From a virus (lineage: Duplodnaviria > Heunggongvirae > Uroviricota > Caudoviricetes): 64,000 bases of DNA. The stretch is from the IMG/VR virus record IMGVR_UViG_3300042339_000806. One strand, 5' to 3'. A model generated the notes under the pieces. The model had not been told where the DNA came from, made no database searches, and saw only the letters and a list, made by a program, of their open reading frames with translations. The position numbers and the translations under genes were made by a program. Every line of letters begins with the position of its first letter. Within the stretch, counting starts at the first letter, position 1. Shown here one piece after another: positions 34,926 through 43,976 of this stretch.

Positions 34926-37259
34926 ATGCAAATAGAAAAAAAGTATTACCACGTCGATAGTATCGAGACTATCAACCTTCTTATCGAGCATATTAATCAG
35001 TCAGAAGTTCTTGCTTACGATACTGAGACAACTGGACTGAATGTAAGAAGGGATCAAGTTGTAGGATGGTCCGTATCAGGAGAAGAAGGAATAGGATTCT
35101 ATCTTCCAACTCAGAAATGGAATACAGAATTAAATCAATTAGAGGAATGTATCATTGGCGGAAAAGGAGCACATGACATTACTAAAAAGTTACTCCCGCT
35201 GCTTAAGGGTAAGAGACTAGTAATGCACAATGCTTCTTTTGACTGCCGAATTACTAAGAACTATTACGGAGTATCTTTATTAGAAGATCTTTGGGTAGAT
35301 ACAGCTCTCCTTGTTCATACAGTACAGGAAGAAGGAGCTGGTATGGGAGTGTTTGGACTAAAGGCATTAGCTATCTCTATTCAGAAAGAGATCGGACTAA
35401 ATGTAGAAGAAGCAGCTAACAAAGAGCAAGTAGAGCTAAAAGAATCTATTAAAGCAAATGGAGGATCAACTACAAAAGATCTTTACGAGATCTTTAAAGC
35501 AGATATGGCAATTCTTTCCAAATATGCTGCAGCCGATACGGATTTAACCCTTAGAGTTTGTAATCACTTCTTAAAAGTATTAAAGGAAGAAGGACTAGAG
35601 AAATTCTTCTTTGAAGAAGAAGTAATGCCTCTTTACAAAGAAGTAACTGTTCCAATGGAAGAGATAGGAGTAGCATTAAATCTTCCGTTACTAGAAAAGA
35701 CTAGAGATGATATTACAAATGACCTACAATCGAATAAAAAGATAGTAATTGACAGTATACTAAGCATTCCAGAGGCAAAGGAATGGGTAGTTGATACAGC
35801 ACTTTATACTTACCCTCCTTCACACAAAGGTAACTGGGCACAGAATTTAATTATGCTTCACTCTCTTCCTTTAGAGAGAAGCGAAAAGACTGGAAAGTAT
35901 TCTTTAACTAAAAAAGCTATTGACGAATTAGAAGAGAGTAATATAAAACAATTTCTACTAACAGGAGACTTAAACCTACTAGACGAAATGGAAGTTGTTA
36001 GAATTTCTATGTCGATGTGGAAGGAAGAGAATGAAGGAGACTATTTGAATATTCAATCTAAGAAACACTTAGGTGAGATTGCATTCAAGTATATGGGAAT
36101 CAAACCTCTTACTCAGACTAAAAAAGGTCAAGATCAATTTGACATGGATATGTTAGAGGAGTTATCTAAGACTTATGAATGGGCAAATAACCTTAGAACA
36201 TATAATAAGTTACTAAAAATTAAATCAACTTACATCGATAGATTCCTAGACGGTCAAGAGGACGGAAGATACTACTTTTACTACAAGCAGCATGGTACGG
36301 TATCAGGAAGGTATGGATCAGATGCTCAGCAATTACCAAAGCCTAAAGAAGAAGGAGAAGATACCCCGCTACTTGTAAAGTATACAAATGTAGTAAGAGA
36401 GTTCTTAATTGCAGGAGAAGGAAGAAAGTTAATCGATAATGACTATACTTCTCTAGAACCTCACTGCTTTGCTTCTGTAGCAGGTGATATTAATCTTCAA
36501 GAGATTTTTAACAACGGATGGGATTTCTATTCTACTGTTGCTATTAGAACTGAGAAGCTTGATCAAGATAAAGTAAAATATCCAGACGGTGTTTCACCTG
36601 ATACTAAATCTCCTATCTTCTTAAAGAAATTAGATCCAGTAAAAAGAAATCAAGCTAAGGCTTACTCTCTAGGAATTGCATACGGAATGGAAGCATATGC
36701 TCTGGCAAAGACTTTAAATATATCTCAGAAAGAAGCTGATACTCTTGTAGCAGGTTACCTAGATGGTTTTCCTCAATTAAAAGAGTGGAGAGTTAACTCT
36801 AGAGAGCAAGTAAAAAGGCTAGGGTATATCCAAAATAAAGTAGGACGAATCAGACACTTACCAAAAGTGAAATTGATCTTTGAAAAGTTTGGAGATCAAG
36901 TATTGGATTGGAGATTTAGAAAGAGTCTTGAACAGCAGTACGGAAAAGATCCTGTAATGCAGATGTATAGAGATTATCGAAATGGATTAAACAACTGCTT
37001 GAACTACCAGTTACAGTCTTTAGCGGCAGCGGTTGTGAATAGAGCAGCAATTCAGATTAATAGAAAAGCAAAAGAGTTAGGAATAGACGGTAGAGTACAA
37101 GCTCAGATTCATGACCAGTTGATCATAAATGTAAGAGAAGATCAAGCAGAAATGTTTATGCCTTACGTTCAAGAGTTGATGGAATTAACAACACAACTAC
37201 CGGGAGTAACTCTAAAGGCACCACCACAGATAGCAAATAACTTTGCAGAAGGTCATTAG
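34926..37259 (+). CDS. polA: family A DNA polymerase (Pol I-like) with 3'-5' exonuclease domain
   Basis: Exo I LAYDTETTGL. Motif A DYTSLEPHCFA (DYSQIELR-like). Motif B RNQAKAYSLGIAYGM. Motif C QIHDQLI. Confidence 0.9.
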   Translation: MQIEKKYYHVDSIETINLLIEHINQSEVLAYDTETTGLNVRRDQVVGWSVSGEEGIGFYLPTQKWNTELNQLEECIIGGKGAHDITKKLLPLLKGKRLVMHNASFDCRITKNYYGVSLLEDLWVDTALLVHTVQEEGAGMGVFGLKALAISIQKEIGLNVEEAANKEQVELKESIKANGGSTTKDLYEIFKADMAILSKYAAADTDLTLRVCNHFLKVLKEEGLEKFFFEEEVMPLYKEVTVPMEEIGVALNLPLLEKTRDDITNDLQSNKKIVIDSILSIPEAKEWVVDTALYTYPPSHKGNWAQNLIMLHSLPLERSEKTGKYSLTKKAIDELEESNIKQFLLTGDLNLLDEMEVVRISMSMWKEENEGDYLNIQSKKHLGEIAFKYMGIKPLTQTKKGQDQFDMDMLEELSKTYEWANNLRTYNKLLKIKSTYIDRFLDGQEDGRYYFYYKQHGTVSGRYGSDAQQLPKPKEEGEDTPLLVKYTNVVREFLIAGEGRKLIDNDYTSLEPHCFASVAGDINLQEIFNNGWDFYSTVAIRTEKLDQDKVKYPDGVSPDTKSPIFLKKLDPVKRNQAKAYSLGIAYGMEAYALAKTLNISQKEADTLVAGYLDGFPQLKEWRVNSREQVKRLGYIQNKVGRIRHLPKVKLIFEKFGDQVLDWRFRKSLEQQYGKDPVMQMYRDYRNGLNNCLNYQLQSLAAAVVNRAAIQINRKAKELGIDGRVQAQIHDQLIINVREDQAEMFMPYVQELMELTTQLPGVTLKAPPQIANNFAEGH

Positions 37260-37322
37260 AAGTTGTTTCCTTAGATATTTATTCATATATTATTAAAATA
37301 AGTTATTAACCAAATCAAGTTT

Positions 37323-37628
37323 ATGTCACAAGAGTTATCAGCTAACAGCGACAGAGTTATTGTAAAGCCTGTTGAATCAGGAGAAGAAAGATTCGGAAGT
37401 ATTATCATTCCGGATATGGGGAAAGAAAAGCCAGAAATGGGTGAAGTAGTTTCCGTAGGTCCAGGACGCCAGTCTGAATTTGGACAATTTATTAGAGTAG
37501 AAGCCAGTGTAGGAGATGTGGTATTGATTCCTAAGATAGGAACAATCCGTATTGACTTTGAAGGTCAAGAATACTTTATACTTCCAGACAGAGAAATTTT
37601 AGCAACAATCAGAAAATCACAAGAGTAG
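37323..37628 (+). CDS. groS: co-chaperonin GroES
   Basis: 101 aa with IVKPVE...GSIIIPD mobile-loop region; immediately upstream of GroEL. Confidence 0.85.
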   Translation: MSQELSANSDRVIVKPVESGEERFGSIIIPDMGKEKPEMGEVVSVGPGRQSEFGQFIRVEASVGDVVLIPKIGTIRIDFEGQEYFILPDREILATIRKSQE

Positions 37629-37630
37629 TT

Positions 37631-39265
37631 ATGTCAAAACAAATTAGTTTTTCAAAAGAAGCTAGAGAGAAATTACTATCAGGAGTAAACCAACTAGCAG
37701 ACGCAGTAGTATGTACATTGGGACCGTCAGGTAGGAATGTATTTATTCAACAACAAGGAGGTAATCCAACCTCAACAAAGGATGGTGTAACAGTAGCCAA
37801 AGAAGTAGAATTGGAAGATCCAATTGAGAATACTGGAGCACAAGCTGTAAAACAAGTAGCAATCGAATCAGCTAGATTGGCTGGAGATGGTACTACAACA
37901 GCAACATTACTTGCAAGAGAAATTTATAGCCAAGGATTATCTGAGCTACAAAATGCAAATGCAGTAGAAGTAAAAAGAGGAATCGATATTGCCACTAAAG
38001 CAGTAGTCGAATACTTAAGAGAGAAGTACTCTAAAGAAGTTACAGAAGAAGAACAAATCAAACAAGTAGCAACAATCTCAGGTAATAATGACCCAGAAGT
38101 AGGAAATCTTATTGCAACAGCAATGGATAAAGTTGGTAGAGATGGATTAGTAACTATTGAAGAATCTAAAACAGGAGAGACTTATCTCGAAACTGTAGAG
38201 GGTATGCAATTCAACAGAGGATACAAGTCACCTTACTTCGTTACAGATAACAATACTATGACTTCAGTATTGAACAATCCTTTAATCCTTATCACAGATA
38301 AAAGAATCCAGCACGTAAAAGAGATGCTTCCTTTATTGGAATCAGTATCACAACAAAATAAAGACTTACTTATCATTGCAGATGATATTGACGGAGAGGC
38401 TTTATCGACATTGGTTGTAAATAAGATGAGAGGAATTCTTAGAGTAGTAGCAGTTAAAGCTCCTGAATTTGGAGATAAGAAGAAAGCTATGCTTGAAGAC
38501 ATTGCAGCTCTTACTGGGGGTACAGTTGTATCTGAGGAGAAAGGAATGAAGCTAGACAAATTCGATTTACAGTGGTTTGGTAATTCAAGAAAAGTAACAG
38601 TAGGTAAAGATGATACTACCATTGTAGATGGTAAAGGAACTGAAGAAGCTATTGCAGAGAGAATTGAGCAATTAAAAGAACAAATCGAGAATACAGTTTC
38701 ACCTTACGAGATTGAAATCTTACAAGACAGATTAGCAAAACTTATCGGAGGAGTAGCTATGATTCATGTTGGAGGTCATACAGAGGTTGAAATGAGAGAG
38801 AAAAAAGATAGAGTAGATGATGCTCTTCATGCAACTAAAGCAGCTTTACAAGAAGGTATTTTACCTGGAGGAGGAATTGCTTTACTAAATGCTTCTTTCC
38901 ACTTAACAGAGCATCCATTAGTAGCTCAACATCCAGATCAAGAAAAAGGATTTGACATTATAATCAAAGCACTTCAGAAGCCATTCAAACAGATCTTAGC
39001 AAATGCAGGAGAGACTTCAGAAGTAATTGAAGAGAGAGTAAACTACATCTTTGACAATCACAAATGGATTGGATTTAATCCAAGAACAGGGGAGTATGTT
39101 GATATGTTAGAGGAAGGTATTATTGATCCAACTAAAGTAACAAGACTAGCTTTAGAGAATGCAGCATCAGTTGCAGGAACAATGTTAATCACAGAGTGTG
39201 TTATCACAAGTATAAAACCAAAAGATGAACAAGGAGCAGGAATCGATCCTTCTCAGTTCATGTAA
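37631..39265 (+). CDS. groL: chaperonin GroEL
   Basis: 544 aa with [20 protein letters not shown] and GGGIALL motifs. Lacks the GGM C-terminal tail. Confidence 0.95.
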   Translation: MSKQISFSKEAREKLLSGVNQLADAVVCTLGPSGRNVFIQQQGGNPTSTKDGVTVAKEVELEDPIENTGAQAVKQVAIESARLAGDGTTTATLLAREIYSQGLSELQNANAVEVKRGIDIATKAVVEYLREKYSKEVTEEEQIKQVATISGNNDPEVGNLIATAMDKVGRDGLVTIEESKTGETYLETVEGMQFNRGYKSPYFVTDNNTMTSVLNNPLILITDKRIQHVKEMLPLLESVSQQNKDLLIIADDIDGEALSTLVVNKMRGILRVVAVKAPEFGDKKKAMLEDIAALTGGTVVSEEKGMKLDKFDLQWFGNSRKVTVGKDDTTIVDGKGTEEAIAERIEQLKEQIENTVSPYEIEILQDRLAKLIGGVAMIHVGGHTEVEMREKKDRVDDALHATKAALQEGILPGGGIALLNASFHLTEHPLVAQHPDQEKGFDIIIKALQKPFKQILANAGETSEVIEERVNYIFDNHKWIGFNPRTGEYVDMLEEGIIDPTKVTRLALENAASVAGTMLITECVITSIKPKDEQGAGIDPSQFM

Positions 39266-39287
39266 TATTAATTAAAAAGAAAAAAAG

Positions 39288-39455
39288 ATGAACAAGCAAG
39301 AATTATTCGAACAAATCGATGAATTGTATCAAAGTTTTGTAGCAAGCCATAACGGAACTACTAAAAAATCGCAAGCACAAGCAAGAAAGTCTATCGGAGA
39401 GGTTAAGAAATTAATCACAGATTATAGAAAAGCTTCAACAGCAGAGAGCAAGTAA
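39288..39455 (+). CDS. small ORF (55 aa) ending immediately before the conserved GC-rich element
   Basis: ATG 39288 to TAA 39453-39455. Below the ORF-track cutoff. Confidence 0.25.
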   Translation: MNKQELFEQIDELYQSFVASHNGTTKKSQAQARKSIGEVKKLITDYRKASTAESK

Positions 39456-39466
39456 GCAAGGACCGA

Positions 39467-39517
39467 GAGGGGAGGGGGCGTCAAAACCTCCTCACCGAAG
39501 GTGTCACGCGCAAATTT
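39467..39517. repeat. conserved GC-rich element copy A (GGGGAGGGGGCG...CACCGAAGGTGTCACGCGCAA)
   Basis: Near-identical to 61418-61465. Contains the hairpin cacc-gaa-ggtg. GC-rich island in an AT-rich genome. Confidence 0.5.
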
Positions 39518-39534
39518 AACAAATAAACAAACAT

Positions 39535-39900
39535 ATGACAATTTTAACATCAATTATTTTAGTGTTAGTTATAGTAGCAGGAACAGCATTCCTTGCATAC
39601 TATATGCAAAGAGGAACAAAGCCCTTAAAAGAATTTAAAATGGACTTTGACAACAACAAAGAAGCTCAAGAGTTAGTAGAGTTATCTAAAGAATTGTACA
39701 ATAAAGACTTACGTCCTATTGTAGCAAAGAAAGCACCTAAGAAAGACAAAGTAACAGAGCAGGTAGAGTCTATGAAAAAAGTAGTAGAAGCACACGATAC
39801 TTTGGTAGAAGAGATTAACAAAATATCTCCAGAAGTAACAGCAGTAGTAGAAGCAGCAAAGCCAAAGAAAAAAAGAAAGTACTACCCTAAGAAAAAATAA
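39535..39900 (+). CDS. membrane-anchored Lys-rich protein
   Basis: N-terminal TM followed by a basic K-rich tail. Confidence 0.35.
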   Translation: MTILTSIILVLVIVAGTAFLAYYMQRGTKPLKEFKMDFDNNKEAQELVELSKELYNKDLRPIVAKKAPKKDKVTEQVESMKKVVEAHDTLVEEINKISPEVTAVVEAAKPKKKRKYYPKKK

Positions 39901-39912
39901 TACGTAAAGTGT

Positions 39913-40191
39913 ATGTCAGACTCAATAAAAAAATATCAAGAGTTACTAGAAGAAGGTAGAACGTTTACCGTTACAGCACATCAGAGAAGTACTATGACCA
40001 TCATAGAGATACTTCGTGCTTCCGATTGTGCCGGTAATATGAAAACACTTCTAGAGAAAGCAACAGACATATGCAAAAAAAGTCCGAACCTTACCCCGGC
40101 CACTGTATTTCAAATTGCAGGTGATGAGGTAAAGGTAGACGAGTTATGTGGTAAAGAAAAACAAGAACAATGGAACAACAACCAAGAATGA
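39913..40191 (+). CDS. hypothetical protein
   Basis: ORF only. Confidence 0.3.
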   Translation: MSDSIKKYQELLEEGRTFTVTAHQRSTMTIIEILRASDCAGNMKTLLEKATDICKKSPNLTPATVFQIAGDEVKVDELCGKEKQEQWNNNQE

Positions 40192-40406
40192 ATCTATCGA
40201 TTGATCAAACACTTCCGGTAGAGTGCGAAAAATGTAACCATACATTTTTTGAAGAAGCTCTTCACATTAGAAAGGCAAGTGGAATCCTTACAGGAACAGG
40301 TCAAACAACCTACATGCCTATTCCGGTATTTGCGTGCAAGGCCTGCGGCCATGTCAATACTGAGTTCCTTCCAAAGGAATTAAAGCACATGAATATAGGA
40401 GAGTAA
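40170..40406 (+). CDS. zinc-ribbon protein
   Basis: CEKCNH ... CKACGH paired CxxC. Confidence 0.35.
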   Translation: MEQQPRMNLSIDQTLPVECEKCNHTFFEEALHIRKASGILTGTGQTTYMPIPVFACKACGHVNTEFLPKELKHMNIGE

Positions 40407-40428
40407 GAGAGACTTTACTTAAACATCA

Positions 40429-40453
40429 AAGAGGCCTTGTGCCTCTTTTTTTT
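40429..40453 (+). terminator. rho-independent terminator
   Basis: aagaggc-cttgt-gcctctt hairpin followed by TTTTTTTT. Confidence 0.6.
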
Positions 40454-40484
40454 GTGCTATTTATTAGAAATTAAACCAGTTACT

Positions 40485-40793
40485 ATGAAAAATTTGTTAT
40501 TACCAATTAGTTACATCTTAACTAAACTAAATAATTATTTTATGGGATTTTTCAGTATCTTTAAAAAATCAAATGATTACAACGAGAAAGTTGTAATTGG
40601 ATTCATGTCGTTCATGGTAATGGTAATTGCAATTGCAGTAGACCTTGTAACAGGTTACCTAGGTAAAGCGTTAGAATTAAACGAGTACATCTTTGATGCA
40701 TTTATGTACATCACATTAGGTTCATTCCTTCCAGATGTATTAGAGAAGTTTGCAGCAATGAAAAACGGAAACAAATCAAATAACGAAGAATAA
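40485..40793 (+). CDS. holin-like small membrane protein (start trimmed)
   Basis: 2 TM helices (FFSIF...; VVIGFMSFMVMVIAIAVDLV). Immediately upstream of the endolysin. The computed ORF start 40437 overlaps the terminator. Confidence 0.4.
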   Translation: MKNLLLPISYILTKLNNYFMGFFSIFKKSNDYNEKVVIGFMSFMVMVIAIAVDLVTGYLGKALELNEYIFDAFMYITLGSFLPDVLEKFAAMKNGNKSNNEE

Positions 40794-40803
40794 AAATTAG
40801 ATT

Positions 40804-41415
40804 ATGAGCTTAAAAAGTTTACAAGAAAAGATCGGAGTAGCTGCAGATGGAGCTTTCGGTCCTGGAACAATGAAAAAAGCAATGGAGTTTTACAAACTAA
40901 CACCAGTTAGAGCGGCTCACTTCTTTGCTCAAACGTCACACGAATCAGGAGGATTTAAAGCATTCTCTGAAAACTTAAACTACTCAGCACAAGGACTTCA
41001 AGGTATCTTTGGAAAATACTTTCCAGGTAACTTAGAAGAGTCTTACGCTAGAAATCCAGAGAAGATTGCCAATAGAGTTTACGCATCTAGAATGGGTAAC
41101 GGTGATGAAAAATCAGGAGATGGTTTCAAATTTAGAGGAAGAGGTGCTCTTCAATTAACTGGTAAAGAAAACTACGCAGCATTTGCTAAGTATTTAAACA
41201 AGCCAGAAATTATGACTAATCCAGACTTAGTAGCAACAACTTATTCATTTGAATCAGCAATGTTCTTCTTTGACAAAAATAAATTGTGGGAGATATGCGA
41301 CAAAGGAATTAATGATGCAGCCATATTAGCTCTTACAAAAAGAATTAACGGGGGTACTCACGGATTAGCAGATCGTTCAGAGAAAACTAAAAAGTATTAC
41401 GAATACGTTAAATAG
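40804..41415 (+). CDS. endolysin, glycoside hydrolase family 19 (chitinase/lysozyme-like)
   Basis: AAHFFAQTSHESGGF matches the GH19 catalytic-region signature FLAQTSHETTGG. Confidence 0.6.
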   Translation: MSLKSLQEKIGVAADGAFGPGTMKKAMEFYKLTPVRAAHFFAQTSHESGGFKAFSENLNYSAQGLQGIFGKYFPGNLEESYARNPEKIANRVYASRMGNGDEKSGDGFKFRGRGALQLTGKENYAAFAKYLNKPEIMTNPDLVATTYSFESAMFFFDKNKLWEICDKGINDAAILALTKRINGGTHGLADRSEKTKKYYEYVK

Positions 41416-41426
41416 GTAAATATAAG

Positions 41427-41852
41427 ATGAAAACTTCACTATTAATTACATTATCATTGACAACAGCATTAGCATTTATTGGTACATATTTTATGCACCT
41501 AACAGCCGATAACATCGAGCAATTCCTAGCAGTAGGATTGGTTGTCTTTGCTGATGGCTTCTTTGGCATATGGGCCGGAGTTAAGAGAGAAGGATTTCAG
41601 ACTTGTAAAGCATTAAGTGTATTAAAGACATTTGGTTTCTGGACAGTAATGCTGGCAGCCATCTTATCAATAGAAAAAGGATTTACTGGAACATCTTGGT
41701 TGAGTGAAACCATTATGGCTCCTTTCTTAGTGTTCCAGTTAGTCTCTATATTGAAAAATGCCTCAATGGTAGGTATAGTTAAAAACGAACTAGTAACACA
41801 AATACTAGACAGATTAGATAAACACAAAGGAGACAGAGATGTTACAAAATAA
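41427..41852 (+). CDS. polytopic membrane protein (4 TM), lysis-cassette member
   Basis: Four hydrophobic helices; adjacent to the endolysin. Confidence 0.35.
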   Translation: MKTSLLITLSLTTALAFIGTYFMHLTADNIEQFLAVGLVVFADGFFGIWAGVKREGFQTCKALSVLKTFGFWTVMLAAILSIEKGFTGTSWLSETIMAPFLVFQLVSILKNASMVGIVKNELVTQILDRLDKHKGDRDVTK

Positions 41853-42192
41853 GCAAAACTTATTATTGGTTATAGTAATTGTATTAATAGGTTATAATAT
41901 ATTTACTACAAACAGTATTAGAACAGACGTTAAAGGATATGAAGCCAGAATAGATTCAGTCCAAACTAAAATTGATTCAGCACAAGTAATCAATAAACAA
42001 ATCGATGTTAAGATCGATTCAGTAAAAGAAAATGTAATTTCTATTACAAAAGAAATACACCACATAGATAATACCATAACAATTGTAAAAAAACAAACAG
42101 ATGAAAAAATTAATACTGTTGATAAGTTTTCTAATGCTGAGCTTGAATTCTTTTTCACAAACAGATACCACCAAGGTAACACTGCCAACTAA
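41839..42192 (+). CDS. i-spanin-like protein (N-terminal TM plus periplasmic coiled coil)
   Basis: LLLVIVIVLIGYNIF TM followed by heptad-like repeats. Overlaps the next ORF out of frame. Confidence 0.3.
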   Translation: MLQNKQNLLLVIVIVLIGYNIFTTNSIRTDVKGYEARIDSVQTKIDSAQVINKQIDVKIDSVKENVISITKEIHHIDNTITIVKKQTDEKINTVDKFSNAELEFFFTNRYHQGNTAN

Positions 42193-42499
42193 GGTAGTAA
42201 GACTAGCAGCAAAAGATTTAGTTCGCTATGATGGATGTAAGGTAGAATTAAAACTTACTCAAGATAAAGTAATTAAATTACAGGAAAGAGAAGTACAAAA
42301 AGATACTATCATCAACTTCTTAACTGTTAAAGATAAGAACAATCAGTTCATCATTGGACAGAAAGATGTTCAAATTGGAGAGTACAAAGGAATGACTGAT
42401 GACTTAAAGAAAGAATTAAAAGGTCAAAGGAATAAAACATTCTGGTATAAAGTGTTAGCTTTTGTAAGCATATCCACAACACTATACTTCGCAAAATAA
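42101..42499 (+). CDS. secreted protein with C-terminal TM, overlapping the previous ORF (o-spanin-like arrangement?)
   Basis: Signal peptide MKKLILLISFLMLSLNSFSQ. Begins 92 nt inside the 41839-42192 ORF in another frame. Confidence 0.3.
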   Translation: MKKLILLISFLMLSLNSFSQTDTTKVTLPTKVVRLAAKDLVRYDGCKVELKLTQDKVIKLQEREVQKDTIINFLTVKDKNNQFIIGQKDVQIGEYKGMTDDLKKELKGQRNKTFWYKVLAFVSISTTLYFAK

Positions 42500-42507
42500 A
42501 TTAAATA

Positions 42508-42532
42508 AGGCTTGTTTTTACAGGCCTTTTTT
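42508..42532 (+). terminator. rho-independent terminator
   Basis: aggcttg-ttttta-caggcct hairpin followed by TTTTTT. Confidence 0.5.
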
Positions 42533-42562
42533 CTTATATTATAGTTATATAAAAATGTTATT

Positions 42563-42832
42563 ATGAACGACAGAGAAGCGATCTTTACTATTGACGAGCC
42601 AAGTCAAAAGAAAGAACTAGTAAACCATCCAAACCATTACGGAGGAAAAGATAATCCCTACGAAGCCATAAAAGTTATTGAAGCCTGGAATTTAGGTTTC
42701 TGTTTAGGAAATACCGTTAAGTATATTGCCAGAGCTGGAAAGAAAGATGCTACAGTTCAAGAGCTTGAAAAAGCTTTATGGTACTTAGAAAGAGAAATCA
42801 AAAAACTAAAGGATGGTAAAAAAAACTCTTAA
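42563..42832 (+). CDS. DUF3310-like phage protein
   Basis: HPNHYGG...AWNLGFCLGNTVKYIARAGKK resembles a conserved phage family of unknown function. Confidence 0.3.
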   Translation: MNDREAIFTIDEPSQKKELVNHPNHYGGKDNPYEAIKVIEAWNLGFCLGNTVKYIARAGKKDATVQELEKALWYLEREIKKLKDGKKNS

Positions 42833-43754
42833 ACAGGTAAGCCTGATAAGAGACTTCTGTAATCCAGTTATAGATTACAATATCAGCAAATCCATATCGT
42901 ATAGTCAGACCTTAGCATACAATACTTGTCCACACCAATGGGCATTGAAATATGTTAAAGGATTGCAAGAGTATAAGCCTTCCATTCATACAGTCTTTGG
43001 CACAGCAGTACATGAAGTAATGCAGGAATGGTTAACAGAACTCTATGAAGGAACAGTAAAGAAGTCAAATGAAATGAATTTGAATGCTCTTCTACTGGAG
43101 AAAATGCACACAATTTATGCTCACGAGAAAGAAAAGTACGGAAAACATTTCTCTACCTCTCAAGAGCTTTCTGAGTTTCATAATGATGGTATTGAAATTC
43201 TAGAGTACGTTCGTAAGAAACGCTCTGTTTACTTCGGTACCAAGTACTATAAGCTGGTTGGAGTAGAAATTCCTCTTATACATAAAATATCTGACAATGT
43301 TTTCTTCAAAGGGTATATCGATATTGTTCTCTACGATGACCAAGACGATAAGTATATCATTTTAGATATCAAAACATCAACTTCAGGATGGAATGACTAC
43401 GCAAAGAAAGATGATAAAAAGCTAGCACAGTTACTTCTTTATAAAGAATTCCTAGCAAGACAATTTGATATAGATGTTGATAAGGTAGATGTAAAATATT
43501 TTATTGTAAAGAGAAAGGTTCCTAAAGATCCAGAATTTGCAGCAATGGGTAGAAGAGTTCAAGAGTTTGTACCTCCATCAGGAAAGATTAAAAGAGGTCA
43601 AGCCACTACAGCACTTACAAAATTTATTAACGATGCTTTTGATAGTCATGGACAGTACATCGATAAAGAGTACGACAAGACTCCTTCAAGATCAAATTGT
43701 ATGTTCTGTGAATTTAAAGGAACAGAGCACTGTCATGCAGGTGTTTTAGGATAA
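42813..43754 (+). CDS. PD-(D/E)xK nuclease, Cas4/RecB-family exonuclease-like
   Basis: GYIDIVLYDD...YIILDIKTS (D...D/ExK core). C-terminal CMFCEFKGTEHCHAG Cys cluster typical of the Cas4/AddB Fe-S module. Confidence 0.5.
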   Translation: MVKKTLKQVSLIRDFCNPVIDYNISKSISYSQTLAYNTCPHQWALKYVKGLQEYKPSIHTVFGTAVHEVMQEWLTELYEGTVKKSNEMNLNALLLEKMHTIYAHEKEKYGKHFSTSQELSEFHNDGIEILEYVRKKRSVYFGTKYYKLVGVEIPLIHKISDNVFFKGYIDIVLYDDQDDKYIILDIKTSTSGWNDYAKKDDKKLAQLLLYKEFLARQFDIDVDKVDVKYFIVKRKVPKDPEFAAMGRRVQEFVPPSGKIKRGQATTALTKFINDAFDSHGQYIDKEYDKTPSRSNCMFCEFKGTEHCHAGVLG

Positions 43755-43789
43755 GGGTATATTTATATATACATATAATTATATAAACA

Positions 43790-43972
43790 ATGAACACTAA
43801 AAAATTAACATCGGTTAAGGTAGAAGAAGATCTTCTACAGGAATTTAAAGAACAGTGCGTAAGGCATAAATTTTCTCTACAAAAGCTTGTAGACAGAGCA
43901 ATTTTTTTATATCTTACAGAAGATAACTTCAAGCAAAAGTTACACACACAAACAAATATTAAATTAAAATAG
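43790..43972 (+). CDS. hypothetical small protein
   Basis: ORF only. Confidence 0.3.
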   Translation: MNTKKLTSVKVEEDLLQEFKEQCVRHKFSLQKLVDRAIFLYLTEDNFKQKLHTQTNIKLK

Positions 43973-43976
43973 TTAC

